A stretch of 64,000 bases of DNA, taken from NCBI GenBank assembly GCA_039933105.1, contig JBDTOT010000019.1, positions 14,524 to 78,523 on the forward strand. The letters are read 5' to 3'. The position numbers were made by a program, and so were the translations under genes. Origin of the DNA: Gammaproteobacteria bacterium. Lineage in GTDB: Bacteria > Pseudomonadota > Gammaproteobacteria > Steroidobacterales > Rariloculaceae. This document shows, in pieces, positions 41,368 through 49,901 of this stretch. The notes beneath the pieces were generated by a model. It made no database searches. It saw nothing but the letters and a program-made list of their open reading frames with translations, and was not told the DNA's origin. Numbering within the stretch: the stretch's first letter is position 1; each line of letters begins with the position of its first letter.

Positions 41368-41881
41368 TCAAATTCCACTAGTCCGGGGCATCGTGTCGCT
41401 GTCGACCGACGGCGGCCCGTTTGTGCTGCTGATTTACGCCTCCGGCGTATTGATGTGGGCGCTGGTCATCGAGCGCTACTGGTACTTCAGCTTCGTGTTG
41501 CCGAAGCAGGCAGCGAATCTGCAAGCCGAGTGGATGGCCAGGAAGGACCGCACTTCCTGGTGCGCCCGGCAGATTCGCACGGCGATGATTTCGCGCCTGA
41601 ACGGCTCCATGACCACGGGGTTCCCCGTGCTGCAGGTGCTGGTTCCGATGGCGCCGCTGCTCGGCCTGATCGGGACCGTCTGGGGCATGCTCCAGGTGTT
41701 CGACTCGATGGCGCTGCGTGGTAGCGCCGACGCGCGCAGCATGGCAAGCGGTGTCTCCGCCGCCATGATCTGCACGATGTCGGGGCTGGCCGTCAGTATC
41801 ACGGGGCTGTACCCGGTTCACTACTTCCGTACTAGGGCGACGCGTGAGACGGAGCTCCTGGCGGACAAGTTGAGTTTCTAG
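41360..41881 (+). CDS. exbB: ExbB (small MotA/TolQ/ExbB-family protein)
   Basis: 173 aa with three TM segments. APLLGLIGTVWGMLQVF and GVSAAMICTMSGLAVSI. Confidence 0.88.
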   Translation: MLDQIPLVRGIVSLSTDGGPFVLLIYASGVLMWALVIERYWYFSFVLPKQAANLQAEWMARKDRTSWCARQIRTAMISRLNGSMTTGFPVLQVLVPMAPLLGLIGTVWGMLQVFDSMALRGSADARSMASGVSAAMICTMSGLAVSITGLYPVHYFRTRATRETELLADKLSF

Positions 41882-41883
41882 CC

Positions 41884-42291
41884 ATGCGAAAAAGACGTCA
41901 GGCAGACAGTCACGACTCATCCACGGGCATCGACCTCGCGCCGATGCTCGATTTCGTGACCAATCTGTTGATTTTTTTCATCATCACTGCGGTGTTCGTC
42001 AAAGAGTCCGGCCTGACGGTCAATCGCCCGACGTCGTTCGAGCAGGAAACCAAAGAAGACTCCAAGAGCATCCAGGTCCAGATTCTCGACAATGGGGAGA
42101 TCTGGATCGACAACCGCGCGGTCGACTCGCAGGCGGTGCGCGCGAACGTGGAGCGCCTGAGTGCGGTGAACCCGGACAGCGGCGTGCTGATCCTGGCCCA
42201 GGACAAGGCTCCGACGGGCGTGCTCGTCGAGGTGGTTGACCAGGTGCATCTCGGCGGCGTCTACAACATCACGTTCAGCACGACGCAGTAG
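41884..42291 (+). CDS. exbD: ExbD/TolR-family protein, paralogue 1
   Basis: 135 aa. GIDLAPMLDFVTNLLIFFIIT TM segment with the conserved Asp, followed by a periplasmic domain. Confidence 0.9.
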   Translation: MRKRRQADSHDSSTGIDLAPMLDFVTNLLIFFIITAVFVKESGLTVNRPTSFEQETKEDSKSIQVQILDNGEIWIDNRAVDSQAVRANVERLSAVNPDSGVLILAQDKAPTGVLVEVVDQVHLGGVYNITFSTTQ

Positions 42292-42315
42292 GCGCAGGCG
42301 GAAGAGGGAATACTT

Positions 42316-42729
42316 ATGCAGTCACGACGACATGCGCCTGAAAGCGAAGACACCGGCATAGATCTCGCGCCGATGCTCGACTTCACGGTCAATTTGCTGA
42401 TCTTCTTCATCATCACGACGTCGTTCATTAAAGAAGCGGGCGTGACGGTGTTCAAGCCGCCGGCGATCACTGCGGTCAACAAGCCCTCGGGCAATCTGTT
42501 GATCGCAGTCCGCGAGAACGGCGATATCTGGATGGACCGCCGCCACATCGAGTTGCGCGATGTCCGCACGATGATCGAGCGCCTGCACATCGAGCGACCC
42601 AAAGACACGGTCGTGATCATTGCGGACAAGGCGTCGAACGCGGGCGCAGTCGCCAAGGTCATGGACGAAGTGCGCTTGGCCGGAATCACGGACGTGTCGA
42701 TCGCCGCCAACCCAAGTGGCGGCGGCTAA
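42316..42729 (+). CDS. exbD: ExbD/TolR-family protein, paralogue 2
   Basis: 137 aa. GIDLAPMLDFTVNLLIFFIIT, tandem to paralogue 1. Confidence 0.9.
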   Translation: MQSRRHAPESEDTGIDLAPMLDFTVNLLIFFIITTSFIKEAGVTVFKPPAITAVNKPSGNLLIAVRENGDIWMDRRHIELRDVRTMIERLHIERPKDTVVIIADKASNAGAVAKVMDEVRLAGITDVSIAANPSGGG

Positions 42730-42749
42730 CCGGAACGGAGGACCGAACC

Positions 42750-43352
42750 ATGAATGCCTTGAGAATACCGATTGCTGTGATCGTCGCCGGCGTGCTCACG
42801 ACGAGCATGTTCTGGATACTGTGGCGTCTGGTCGGCGCGCAGTTTGATACGGGCCAATTCCAGGAAGCGCAGCGCATCGAGTTCTCGCGCATGCGCAAAG
42901 ACACCGAAGTGCAGACGAAGCGCGACCAGAAGATCGAGCGCGAGCGGCCGCCGCCCACTCCGGAAGCGCCGCGCATGGCGTTCAGCGCCGGCGGTCTCGA
43001 TAACAACGTGGCGCAGCTTGCGCCTGTGGTCGACGCGCGCGGCGCGATGTCGCGAATGAGCATGACCGCGGGTTCCGACCGCGACGTCATCCCGCTCGTT
43101 CGCGTCCCGCCGGATTACCCGGCGCGCGCTCAGAGTCGTGGTCTCGAGGGCTGGGTGCAGGTTCGGTTCACGATTACGCCGACCGGCACCGTCAAAGACC
43201 CCGTCGTCGTCAATGCCGAGCCGAAGGGAATGTTCGACGACGCTGCCCTAAAGGCCATCGCACGTTGGCGCTATAACCCTCGCGTCGAGGGTGGTGTGGC
43301 CACTGAGCGCGTCGGCATCGAAACGATCATTCGCTTCCAGCTCGAGAAATAG
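42750..43352 (+). CDS. tonB: TonB-family energy transducer
   Basis: N-terminal TM anchor, short Pro-containing linker (RERPPPTPEAP), C-terminal TonB domain (PDYPARAQSRGLEGWVQVRFTITPTGTVKDPVVV...AALKAIARWRYNP). Confidence 0.9.
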   Translation: MNALRIPIAVIVAGVLTTSMFWILWRLVGAQFDTGQFQEAQRIEFSRMRKDTEVQTKRDQKIERERPPPTPEAPRMAFSAGGLDNNVAQLAPVVDARGAMSRMSMTAGSDRDVIPLVRVPPDYPARAQSRGLEGWVQVRFTITPTGTVKDPVVVNAEPKGMFDDAALKAIARWRYNPRVEGGVATERVGIETIIRFQLEK

Positions 43353-43377
43353 CACGTAACAAGGGAGTGGAATAGAC

Positions 43378-44643
43378 ATGTTCAACCAGCGTTACTGCAA
43401 GCTTTTGGGCGCCGCGATACTGCTTGCGGCATTTCAAGTCTCTTGGGCCCAGCAAGCCGCCAAGAAGGAGGACGACGGCAAGACGCCCGCACCGACGATT
43501 GACGCGGCGACGGGAAAGGTGCTGAACGAGGCCATCGAGCTCCTGAATAAGGAGGACTTCAAAGGCGCTTCCGCGAAGATCGACACGCTGAAGCTCGACA
43601 AGCTGAGCCCCTACGAGCGCAGCAAGGTCGAGCAGATCATGTTCAACATCTCCTACTCGCAGGACAAGTACGATGACGCCCGCGGGCACCTGCAGAAGGC
43701 TATCGATGCTGGCGGCTTGAACGCGCAGGAGATCGAGCAGGCCCGCTACCAGGCGGCGCAGTTGTACATGCAGCAGGAGAAGTGGAAAGAAGGTGCGGCT
43801 GCACTCGAAGACTGGTTCAAGACCGCCACGAAGCCGAACTCCGCTGCCTACTATCTGTTGGCCGTGGCGTACTACCAGCAAGGCGTCAGCGCGACAGGCA
43901 AGGCGGCCACCGATCTATTCGCGAAGGCCTTGGTGCCCGCGAAGAAAGCCGTCGAGATCATGGAAAAGCCGCAGGAGAGCTGGCTTGCGATGTTGTCGGC
44001 GTTGTATCTACAGCGTGAGGAGTACAAAGACGCGATCCCCGTTCTCCAGCAATTGATAGCGCTTTCGCCATCGAAGAAAACCTACTGGATGCAGCTGTCG
44101 TCGATCTACGGCCAGGTCGAGGACTATGCGAAGGCGCTCGCCACCATGCAGCTCGCTTACAACGCGGGGCTCGTGACGGAGGACTCCGATTTGCGGCGTC
44201 TCGCCGACTTGCTGCTCTTCAACGCCGTGCCCTATCGTGGCGCGCAGGTGCTCGAGACGGCCATCGAGAAGAAGGCCGTGAAGCTCGACGAGAAGCTCTA
44301 CGAGAAGCTCGCGAACTGCTGGATCGCAGCCGGTGAGTTCGACAAGGCGACTGGCCCGCTGCAAAAGTCGGCGGAGCTCTCGGCGACTGGCGACGCGTTC
44401 GTGCGGCTGGGCGAGCTGCAAGCGCAGCGCGAGGACTGGGGTGCGTCTGCCTCCGCGCTGCAAAAAGGCATGGAGAAAGGGCAGCTCAAGGATGTGGCCA
44501 ACGCGCAGCTGATGTTGGGCGTGGCGTACTACAGTCAGAAAAACTACAAAGACGCCCGGACTTTCTTTGAGCGAGCTTCGCAATCGGCTAAACACAAGCA
44601 GATCGCTACGAGCTATCTGCAGGCCATCAAGGCTCTGACCTAA
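43378..44643 (+). CDS. TPR-repeat periplasmic protein (TtpD position of TonB2-type systems)
   Basis: Signal peptide followed by repeated TPR-like helices (AYYLLAVAYYQQG, LGVAYYSQKNYKDARTFFERA). Position after tonB matches Vibrio TonB2 clusters. Confidence 0.8.
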   Translation: MFNQRYCKLLGAAILLAAFQVSWAQQAAKKEDDGKTPAPTIDAATGKVLNEAIELLNKEDFKGASAKIDTLKLDKLSPYERSKVEQIMFNISYSQDKYDDARGHLQKAIDAGGLNAQEIEQARYQAAQLYMQQEKWKEGAAALEDWFKTATKPNSAAYYLLAVAYYQQGVSATGKAATDLFAKALVPAKKAVEIMEKPQESWLAMLSALYLQREEYKDAIPVLQQLIALSPSKKTYWMQLSSIYGQVEDYAKALATMQLAYNAGLVTEDSDLRRLADLLLFNAVPYRGAQVLETAIEKKAVKLDEKLYEKLANCWIAAGEFDKATGPLQKSAELSATGDAFVRLGELQAQREDWGASASALQKGMEKGQLKDVANAQLMLGVAYYSQKNYKDARTFFERASQSAKHKQIATSYLQAIKALT

Positions 44644-44662
44644 GCGACATTTAGGAATTTGC

Positions 44663-45340
44663 ATGACGCGTATTTCGAAGTACAGGTTCGTTGCCGCCGG
44701 TCTATCGGTGGTGGCCATCACGAGCGGCGCTTTCGCTCAACAGCCGAGCGCTGGCGAGCGCTATGCGCGTACGTTGACCGAGGCGGACATCACGGCGCGG
44801 TACAACACGGAGATCGAACAGCAGTTGCGCTCGCAGCAGACCGATATCACGGCGGTCGAGCAGGAAATCGCCGGCCTCGACGCCACTGCGGCGGCGGTCG
44901 AGCCCTTGCTGCAAAAGATGTTCATGCAGTTCGAAGAGTTTGTTAGGGGCGACGTTCCGTTCTTCGCCACCGAGCGCGCAGCGCGTGTCGAAAAGTTGCG
45001 CGACCTCATGGCGCGTGTCGATGCGAGCCCGGGCGAGCGATTTCGGCGGCTTGTCGAGGCCTATCAGATCGAGATGGAATACGGCCGTACGATGAGCGCC
45101 TACAAAGGCAAGCTCGACGACGGTCGCGACGCGGACTTCGTGAGACTCGGACGCGTGTCGTTGTTCTATCGTACCGCCGACAACGCCGAGTCCGGTTATT
45201 GGGACCAGCAGAAGAAGATGTGGGTTGCCGATCGGGATTCGGCACGAGCCATCGAGCAGGCGCTCGCCATCGCCAAGGAACAGAAGGCGGCTGATCTCAT
45301 TGTTGTTCCCGTGCCCGTGCCGCAAGGAGGCAGGTCGTGA
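44663..45340 (+). CDS. DUF3450 periplasmic coiled-coil protein, copy 2
   Basis: Signal peptide. The conserved tail EAYQIEMEYGRT...FVRLGRVSLFYRT...GYWD is collinear with the product of 39173..39970 but clearly diverged. Confidence 0.85.
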   Translation: MTRISKYRFVAAGLSVVAITSGAFAQQPSAGERYARTLTEADITARYNTEIEQQLRSQQTDITAVEQEIAGLDATAAAVEPLLQKMFMQFEEFVRGDVPFFATERAARVEKLRDLMARVDASPGERFRRLVEAYQIEMEYGRTMSAYKGKLDDGRDADFVRLGRVSLFYRTADNAESGYWDQQKKMWVADRDSARAIEQALAIAKEQKAADLIVVPVPVPQGGRS

Positions 45341-46737
45341 TCAAAGCTCGCACCACATACGCGCACGGGATCACGGTCGCGGTGGCGGCCGCGTCGCTCA
45401 TCGTGGGCTTCACCGCCCGCGCTCAGGACGTGAAGCTCACCGACCTGCGAGCGACGACCCAGAAGCTGCGTGACGACGAACGGCGTGCATCGCAAGAACG
45501 AATTACGAGATTCCGTGCGGAGCAGCAGAAAATCGAGCGTCAGGCTCAGGAAGCCGTGCAGCGTAAGACGACCGCTGAGGCGCGCAGCAACTCGCTGGAC
45601 AAAGCATGGAACGAGAACGAGAAGCGCATCGCCGAGATTAACAACCTGCTGAAGCAGCGCCAAGGTAACCTCGGCGAGCTGTTCGGCGTCACGCGACAGG
45701 TGGCCGGCGACTCGGCGAACGTGCTCCAAGCATCGATCCTCAGCACGCAGTACGGCACGCCCAAGGAAGGTGAGGAGCGCTCCGAGTTCTTGCGTCGATT
45801 GGCCGGCGCCAAGGCCCTGCCGTCGCTCCCGGAGCTCGATCGTCTGTGGTTCGAACTGATGCGCGAGATGACGGATGCGGGCAAGGTCGTGAAGTACCGC
45901 GCTTCCGTGCTCCAACCAGACAACACGAGAGTCGACGAAGACGTAATCCGCGTGGGCCCCTTCACCGCCAGCAGCGACGGCAAGTATCTCGGCTATCTGC
46001 CGAGCACGAAGTCTTTGGCGGCGCTGAACGGTGAGCTAGAGGGTGACTTCCCGCAGATCGGCCGCTCGCTGCAAGCCGCGGTCGGTGGCACCGGCTACAC
46101 CAAGGTCGTCGTCGATCCGGCGCGCGGCGCGTTGCTCGGGATGTACGTCGAGCGACCGGGCCTCATCCGCCGCATTCAGCAGGGCGAGGCGGTCGCCTAT
46201 GTGATCGTCGCCGTCGGTATTCTCGGTGTCGCGGTCGCGTTCTTCCAGGCCATCTATCTCATTGTGACTCGTTTCGCAGTGGTTGCTCAGCTGAAGAATC
46301 TCAACAACCCGAGCAAGGGCAATCCGCTAGGTCGCGTGCTGCTCTCGTTCCGCGGTGACAGCAATCGTACCGAGAGCGCGGAGCTCGCGGAGCTTCGAAT
46401 TTCTGAGGCCGTGTTGCGCGAAGTGCCGAAGCTCGAACGGTTCCAGGCGTTCCTGCGGCTCGCCGTGGCGGCGGGCCCGCTGCTCGGCCTCATCGGCACG
46501 GTCATCGGCATGATCATCACGTTCCGCGCGATCGTCGCCTCTGGTACGAGCGATCCGAAGCTCATGGCAACCGGCATCGGCCAGGCCATGATCAACACGG
46601 TCTTGGGTCTCAGCATCGCAATCCCGTTGCTGTTCATCAATGCCGGTCTGGCTACACTGTCGCGCTTCGTAACACAAACGCTCGACGAGCAGAGCCAGTC
46701 GCTGCTGGCCGAAACGGTTAAGCAGAAACAAGCCTAG
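45337..46737 (+). CDS. large MotA/TolQ/ExbB-family proton-channel protein (TtpC-like), copy 2
   Basis: Also exactly 466 aa. The C-terminal module GPLLGLIGTVIGMIITFRAI...GIGQAMINTVLGLSIAIPLL is nearly identical in pattern to copy 1. 4-nt overlap with the upstream gene. Confidence 0.88.
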   Translation: MIKARTTYAHGITVAVAAASLIVGFTARAQDVKLTDLRATTQKLRDDERRASQERITRFRAEQQKIERQAQEAVQRKTTAEARSNSLDKAWNENEKRIAEINNLLKQRQGNLGELFGVTRQVAGDSANVLQASILSTQYGTPKEGEERSEFLRRLAGAKALPSLPELDRLWFELMREMTDAGKVVKYRASVLQPDNTRVDEDVIRVGPFTASSDGKYLGYLPSTKSLAALNGELEGDFPQIGRSLQAAVGGTGYTKVVVDPARGALLGMYVERPGLIRRIQQGEAVAYVIVAVGILGVAVAFFQAIYLIVTRFAVVAQLKNLNNPSKGNPLGRVLLSFRGDSNRTESAELAELRISEAVLREVPKLERFQAFLRLAVAAGPLLGLIGTVIGMIITFRAIVASGTSDPKLMATGIGQAMINTVLGLSIAIPLLFINAGLATLSRFVTQTLDEQSQSLLAETVKQKQA

Positions 46738-46742
46738 TTACG

Positions 46743-46782
46743 AGGGGGTCAGGTTTTTCACAGAACCTGACTCCCTCTTTCG
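46743..46782 (+). terminator. rho-independent terminator closing the TonB cluster
   Basis: GAGGGGGTCAGGTT-tttcacag-AACCTGACTCCCTC (14 bp, one G-U pair) followed by TTTCG, 6 nt after the stop. Confidence 0.75.
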
Positions 46783-46856
46783 AACCGTCTTCCCTTTCAA
46801 GCGCTGCTAGGGCGGCGTGCTAGAGTCGCCGTCACCAGCGGCTCCGACTCCTTCCG

Positions 46857-47825
46857 ATGATCGTAGGCTACGCTCCCGATAACGGTCGACTGCGCGCGGT
46901 GCCGGATGCGCTCGCCAGTTTCGCGACCGTTGTGTGGCTCGACCTTGTAAGCCCAACCGCAGAGGAAGAGGCCGAGGTCGAACAGAGACTCGGCGTCGAC
47001 ATTCCAACGCGCGAGGAAATGCAGGAGATCGAGATCTCGAGTCGCCTATACGTCGAGGACGACGGGATCTTCATGACCGCGACGCTGCCGGCCCGTACGG
47101 ACAGCGATGATCTGCAAATGGGCCCTGTCACGTTCGTACTCGCGCATGGCAAGCTGATCACCGTGCGGTATCACGAGCCCCGGGCGTTCAAGACCTTTCC
47201 ACAACGCGCCGAGAAGGCCGCGCTCGGGTGCACGGGCGGCGACGTCGTGCTCGTGAACCTGCTCGAAGCCACGAGCGACCGCATAGCAGACATCCTCGAA
47301 CGCGCCGAGCACGAGGTCGACGACCTGTCTCGCAACATTTTCACGGCGGAGCCCGAGAGCTCCGTGCGGCCCGACCTTCGCAACGTGCTGCAGCGAGTCG
47401 GGCGCAAGGGCGATTTGTGCTCACACGTTCGCGATAGCCTGCTTTCGCTGCAGCGGCTCGCGGGGTTTCTGGGGCACGTGCTTACGCAACGCAATGTCGA
47501 CAAGGAGTTGCGCGGCCGCGTGAAGACGCTGGGGCGCGATGCCGAGTCTCTCGGTGACCATGCCTCGTTCCTGTCACAGAAGATCACGTTCCTGCTCGAC
47601 GCGACGCTCGGCATGATTGCGATCGAGCAGAACAACATCATCAAGATTTTTTCGATCGCGGCAGGCGTCTTTTTGCCGCCGACGTTGATTGCATCGATCT
47701 ACGGCATGAACTTTCGCGTGATGCCCGAGCTGTCCTGGGCTTACGGCTATCCGCTCGCCTGGGTGCTGATGCTCGTGTCCGCTTTGCTGCCGCTGTGGTA
47801 TTTCAGGCGGCGTGGCTGGCTGTAG
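46857..47825 (+). CDS. corA: magnesium/cobalt transporter CorA
   Basis: Cytoplasmic domain plus two C-terminal TM helices with the YGMNF signature. Confidence 0.92.
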   Translation: MIVGYAPDNGRLRAVPDALASFATVVWLDLVSPTAEEEAEVEQRLGVDIPTREEMQEIEISSRLYVEDDGIFMTATLPARTDSDDLQMGPVTFVLAHGKLITVRYHEPRAFKTFPQRAEKAALGCTGGDVVLVNLLEATSDRIADILERAEHEVDDLSRNIFTAEPESSVRPDLRNVLQRVGRKGDLCSHVRDSLLSLQRLAGFLGHVLTQRNVDKELRGRVKTLGRDAESLGDHASFLSQKITFLLDATLGMIAIEQNNIIKIFSIAAGVFLPPTLIASIYGMNFRVMPELSWAYGYPLAWVLMLVSALLPLWYFRRRGWL

Positions 47826-47829
47826 CGCG

Positions 47830-48849
47830 TTAGTCCATCAGCCCTGGCCAATCGGCACCGATGGCAGGGCTACGGCGCTGCTCCACCGAGTCGGTACCCG
47901 TGCGAACGGCGAATAGCGCGGCAACGTGTTCGTGCTCCGCCGCGTCGGCCGCAGCTTCCGGGCCGAGACACAGCAGCGCGGTTCCCCATGCGCCCGCTCT
48001 CGCGCCGTCGTGCGCTATCACGGTGACCTCGACCAGTGCGTGGTCCACGGGGGCGCCGGTCCGTGGGTCGATGATATGGCCGTAGCGCTTGCCCTCAACG
48101 TCGAAATAGTGGCGATACGTCCCACTCGTCATGACTGCGGTCCCAGGCTCGGCCGGTAATCGCAGCGCGCGTCCGGCGCCGCCTGCGGGATCCTCCACAC
48201 CCACTCGCCACGCCTGCCCGCGGGGTTTCGTGCCCCGCGCGAAGATTTCCCCGCCGATCTCGGCGAGGTAGTGGTCGATTCCGTAGCCCTCGAGCACACG
48301 CCCCAAGCGTTCCGCGCTGTACCCCTGGCCGATGCTCGACATGTCGATCGCGAGGTCGGGCACCGTCTTGCGCACGTGCTCGGCATCCAGGATCTCGAGA
48401 TTGTCGAGGCCTACGCTCGCGAGTACCTGCGCAACGGCAGCGGCGTCAGGAACGCTCGGTGTGTCGCCGTCGAAGCCCCAGAGGTGCACGAGCGGACGCA
48501 CCGTGGGATCGAAGCAGCCGTGACTCGCGCCGTGGATTTCCTTCGCCAGCTTCAGCAGCGTTACGAGCTCCGCGGGCACCGCTAAAGGCTCCACCGTATG
48601 CGCCGCATTGAACTGCTCGAGCGTGGAGTCTGCGCGGTAGTTCGATAGCAACGCATCGAGACGGTCGAGCTCGGCGGCGGCCGCGCGCTGGACGTCGTCG
48701 ACATCGGTGGGCCCGCCGCTCCATTGCAGCGAGTACGTGGTGCCTTGGGCAAGGCCGGCGGCGGTGTGCAACGGCGCGTGGCCTGGCGTACACGCAACCA
48801 GCAAGGTGAGGCCTGCGCACGCGATGCGCGGAAACGATGGCAGAGTCAT
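47830..48849 (-). CDS. apbE: FAD:protein FMN transferase (ApbE family lipoprotein)
   Basis: Lipobox LTLLVAC. ApbE-like blocks (FDPTVRPLVHLWGF, DMSSIGQGYS, TSGTYRHYF..G..YGHIIDPRTG). Confidence 0.88.
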   Translation of the reverse strand: MTLPSFPRIACAGLTLLVACTPGHAPLHTAAGLAQGTTYSLQWSGGPTDVDDVQRAAAAELDRLDALLSNYRADSTLEQFNAAHTVEPLAVPAELVTLLKLAKEIHGASHGCFDPTVRPLVHLWGFDGDTPSVPDAAAVAQVLASVGLDNLEILDAEHVRKTVPDLAIDMSSIGQGYSAERLGRVLEGYGIDHYLAEIGGEIFARGTKPRGQAWRVGVEDPAGGAGRALRLPAEPGTAVMTSGTYRHYFDVEGKRYGHIIDPRTGAPVDHALVEVTVIAHDGARAGAWGTALLCLGPEAAADAAEHEHVAALFAVRTGTDSVEQRRSPAIGADWPGLMD

Positions 48850-48955
48850 GACGCATCATGGGTGACCCACGCCCCCGCGGCAATCGTGGCTCGTCTGCCC
48901 ACGGGCGGATATAGTCGCGGGCGGGGAGCGGGCCGGACGAGGGCAGGGGAACAGC

Positions 48956-49840
48956 TTGTCGCACACAGGGGCATCGGCGGCGCCGCGGCGCGTGCGACGA
49001 CTGTTGGCGCGCGTGCACATGTGGGTTGCGCTCGCGCTTGGCTTGTACATCGTCATGCTCAGCGTCAGCGGCAGCATCGCTGTGTTCCGACGCGAAGCAA
49101 ACCTCTGGTTCGTGCCGCGCGAGGTGCCTTCGACGGTCGGCGTGCGCCTCACGGGCGACGACCTTCAGGCCGCGGCGCGCAAGTTTTACGGTGACGGCGC
49201 GGTCGTCGCTGTGCGCGAGTCGCGGCGGCCCGAGCGCCCCGCGTCGGTTTTGCTCGAGCGCAACGGCAAACGTTTGGATCGGTTGTTCGATCCGTACACG
49301 CTGACGGATCTTGGCGACAGTTATCCACCCGTGTTGCAAGCGATGGAGTGGCTCGTCGATCTGCACGACAACTTGCTCGCGGGCCCTGACGGCCGCACCG
49401 TGAACGGCGTCGGCGGCATGCTCGTGATATTCCTGATCGTGACCGGGCTCATCATCTGGTGGCCGGGTAAACGAAGAGCGTGGCGAAGTCTCAAGGTCGG
49501 TAAACCGCAAGCTTCGCGGCGGTTTGCCTTTCAGCTGCACAACGCGATCGGCGTGTGGTCGTTCATCATGCTGCTGATGTGGGCGCTGACTGCGGTGTAT
49601 TTTGGTTTCCCGGAGTGGTACGAGAGCGCAGTCGACCACTTCGACGCGAACAAGACAGACGCCGTGCGTCCCGGAGAAGGCGTTCTCCTATTCCTGATCA
49701 AGATGCACTTCGGCCGCTTCGGCCCGCTGTGGGTGAGATTCCTGTGGGCTGCACTTGGGCTTTTGCCAGTCGTGCTGTTCGTGACCGGCTTCGTGCTGTG
49801 GTGGACGCGCGTGGTGCGCAAGCGCATCGCCGGCGACTGA
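48956..49840 (+). CDS. PepSY-associated TM-helix protein (PiuB-like)
   Basis: N-terminal LLARVHMWVALALGLYIVMLSVSGSIAVFRRE, later HNAIGVWSFIMLLMWALTAVYFGFP and a C-terminal TM segment. The start (TTG 48956) is uncertain. Confidence 0.65.
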   Translation: MSHTGASAAPRRVRRLLARVHMWVALALGLYIVMLSVSGSIAVFRREANLWFVPREVPSTVGVRLTGDDLQAAARKFYGDGAVVAVRESRRPERPASVLLERNGKRLDRLFDPYTLTDLGDSYPPVLQAMEWLVDLHDNLLAGPDGRTVNGVGGMLVIFLIVTGLIIWWPGKRRAWRSLKVGKPQASRRFAFQLHNAIGVWSFIMLLMWALTAVYFGFPEWYESAVDHFDANKTDAVRPGEGVLLFLIKMHFGRFGPLWVRFLWAALGLLPVVLFVTGFVLWWTRVVRKRIAGD

Positions 49841-49901
49841 TCCCGCCGCGGTAACTTTGGTCGGGGCGGCGTGTGGTCGGAAGAACATCAGCCGGACAAC
49901 G

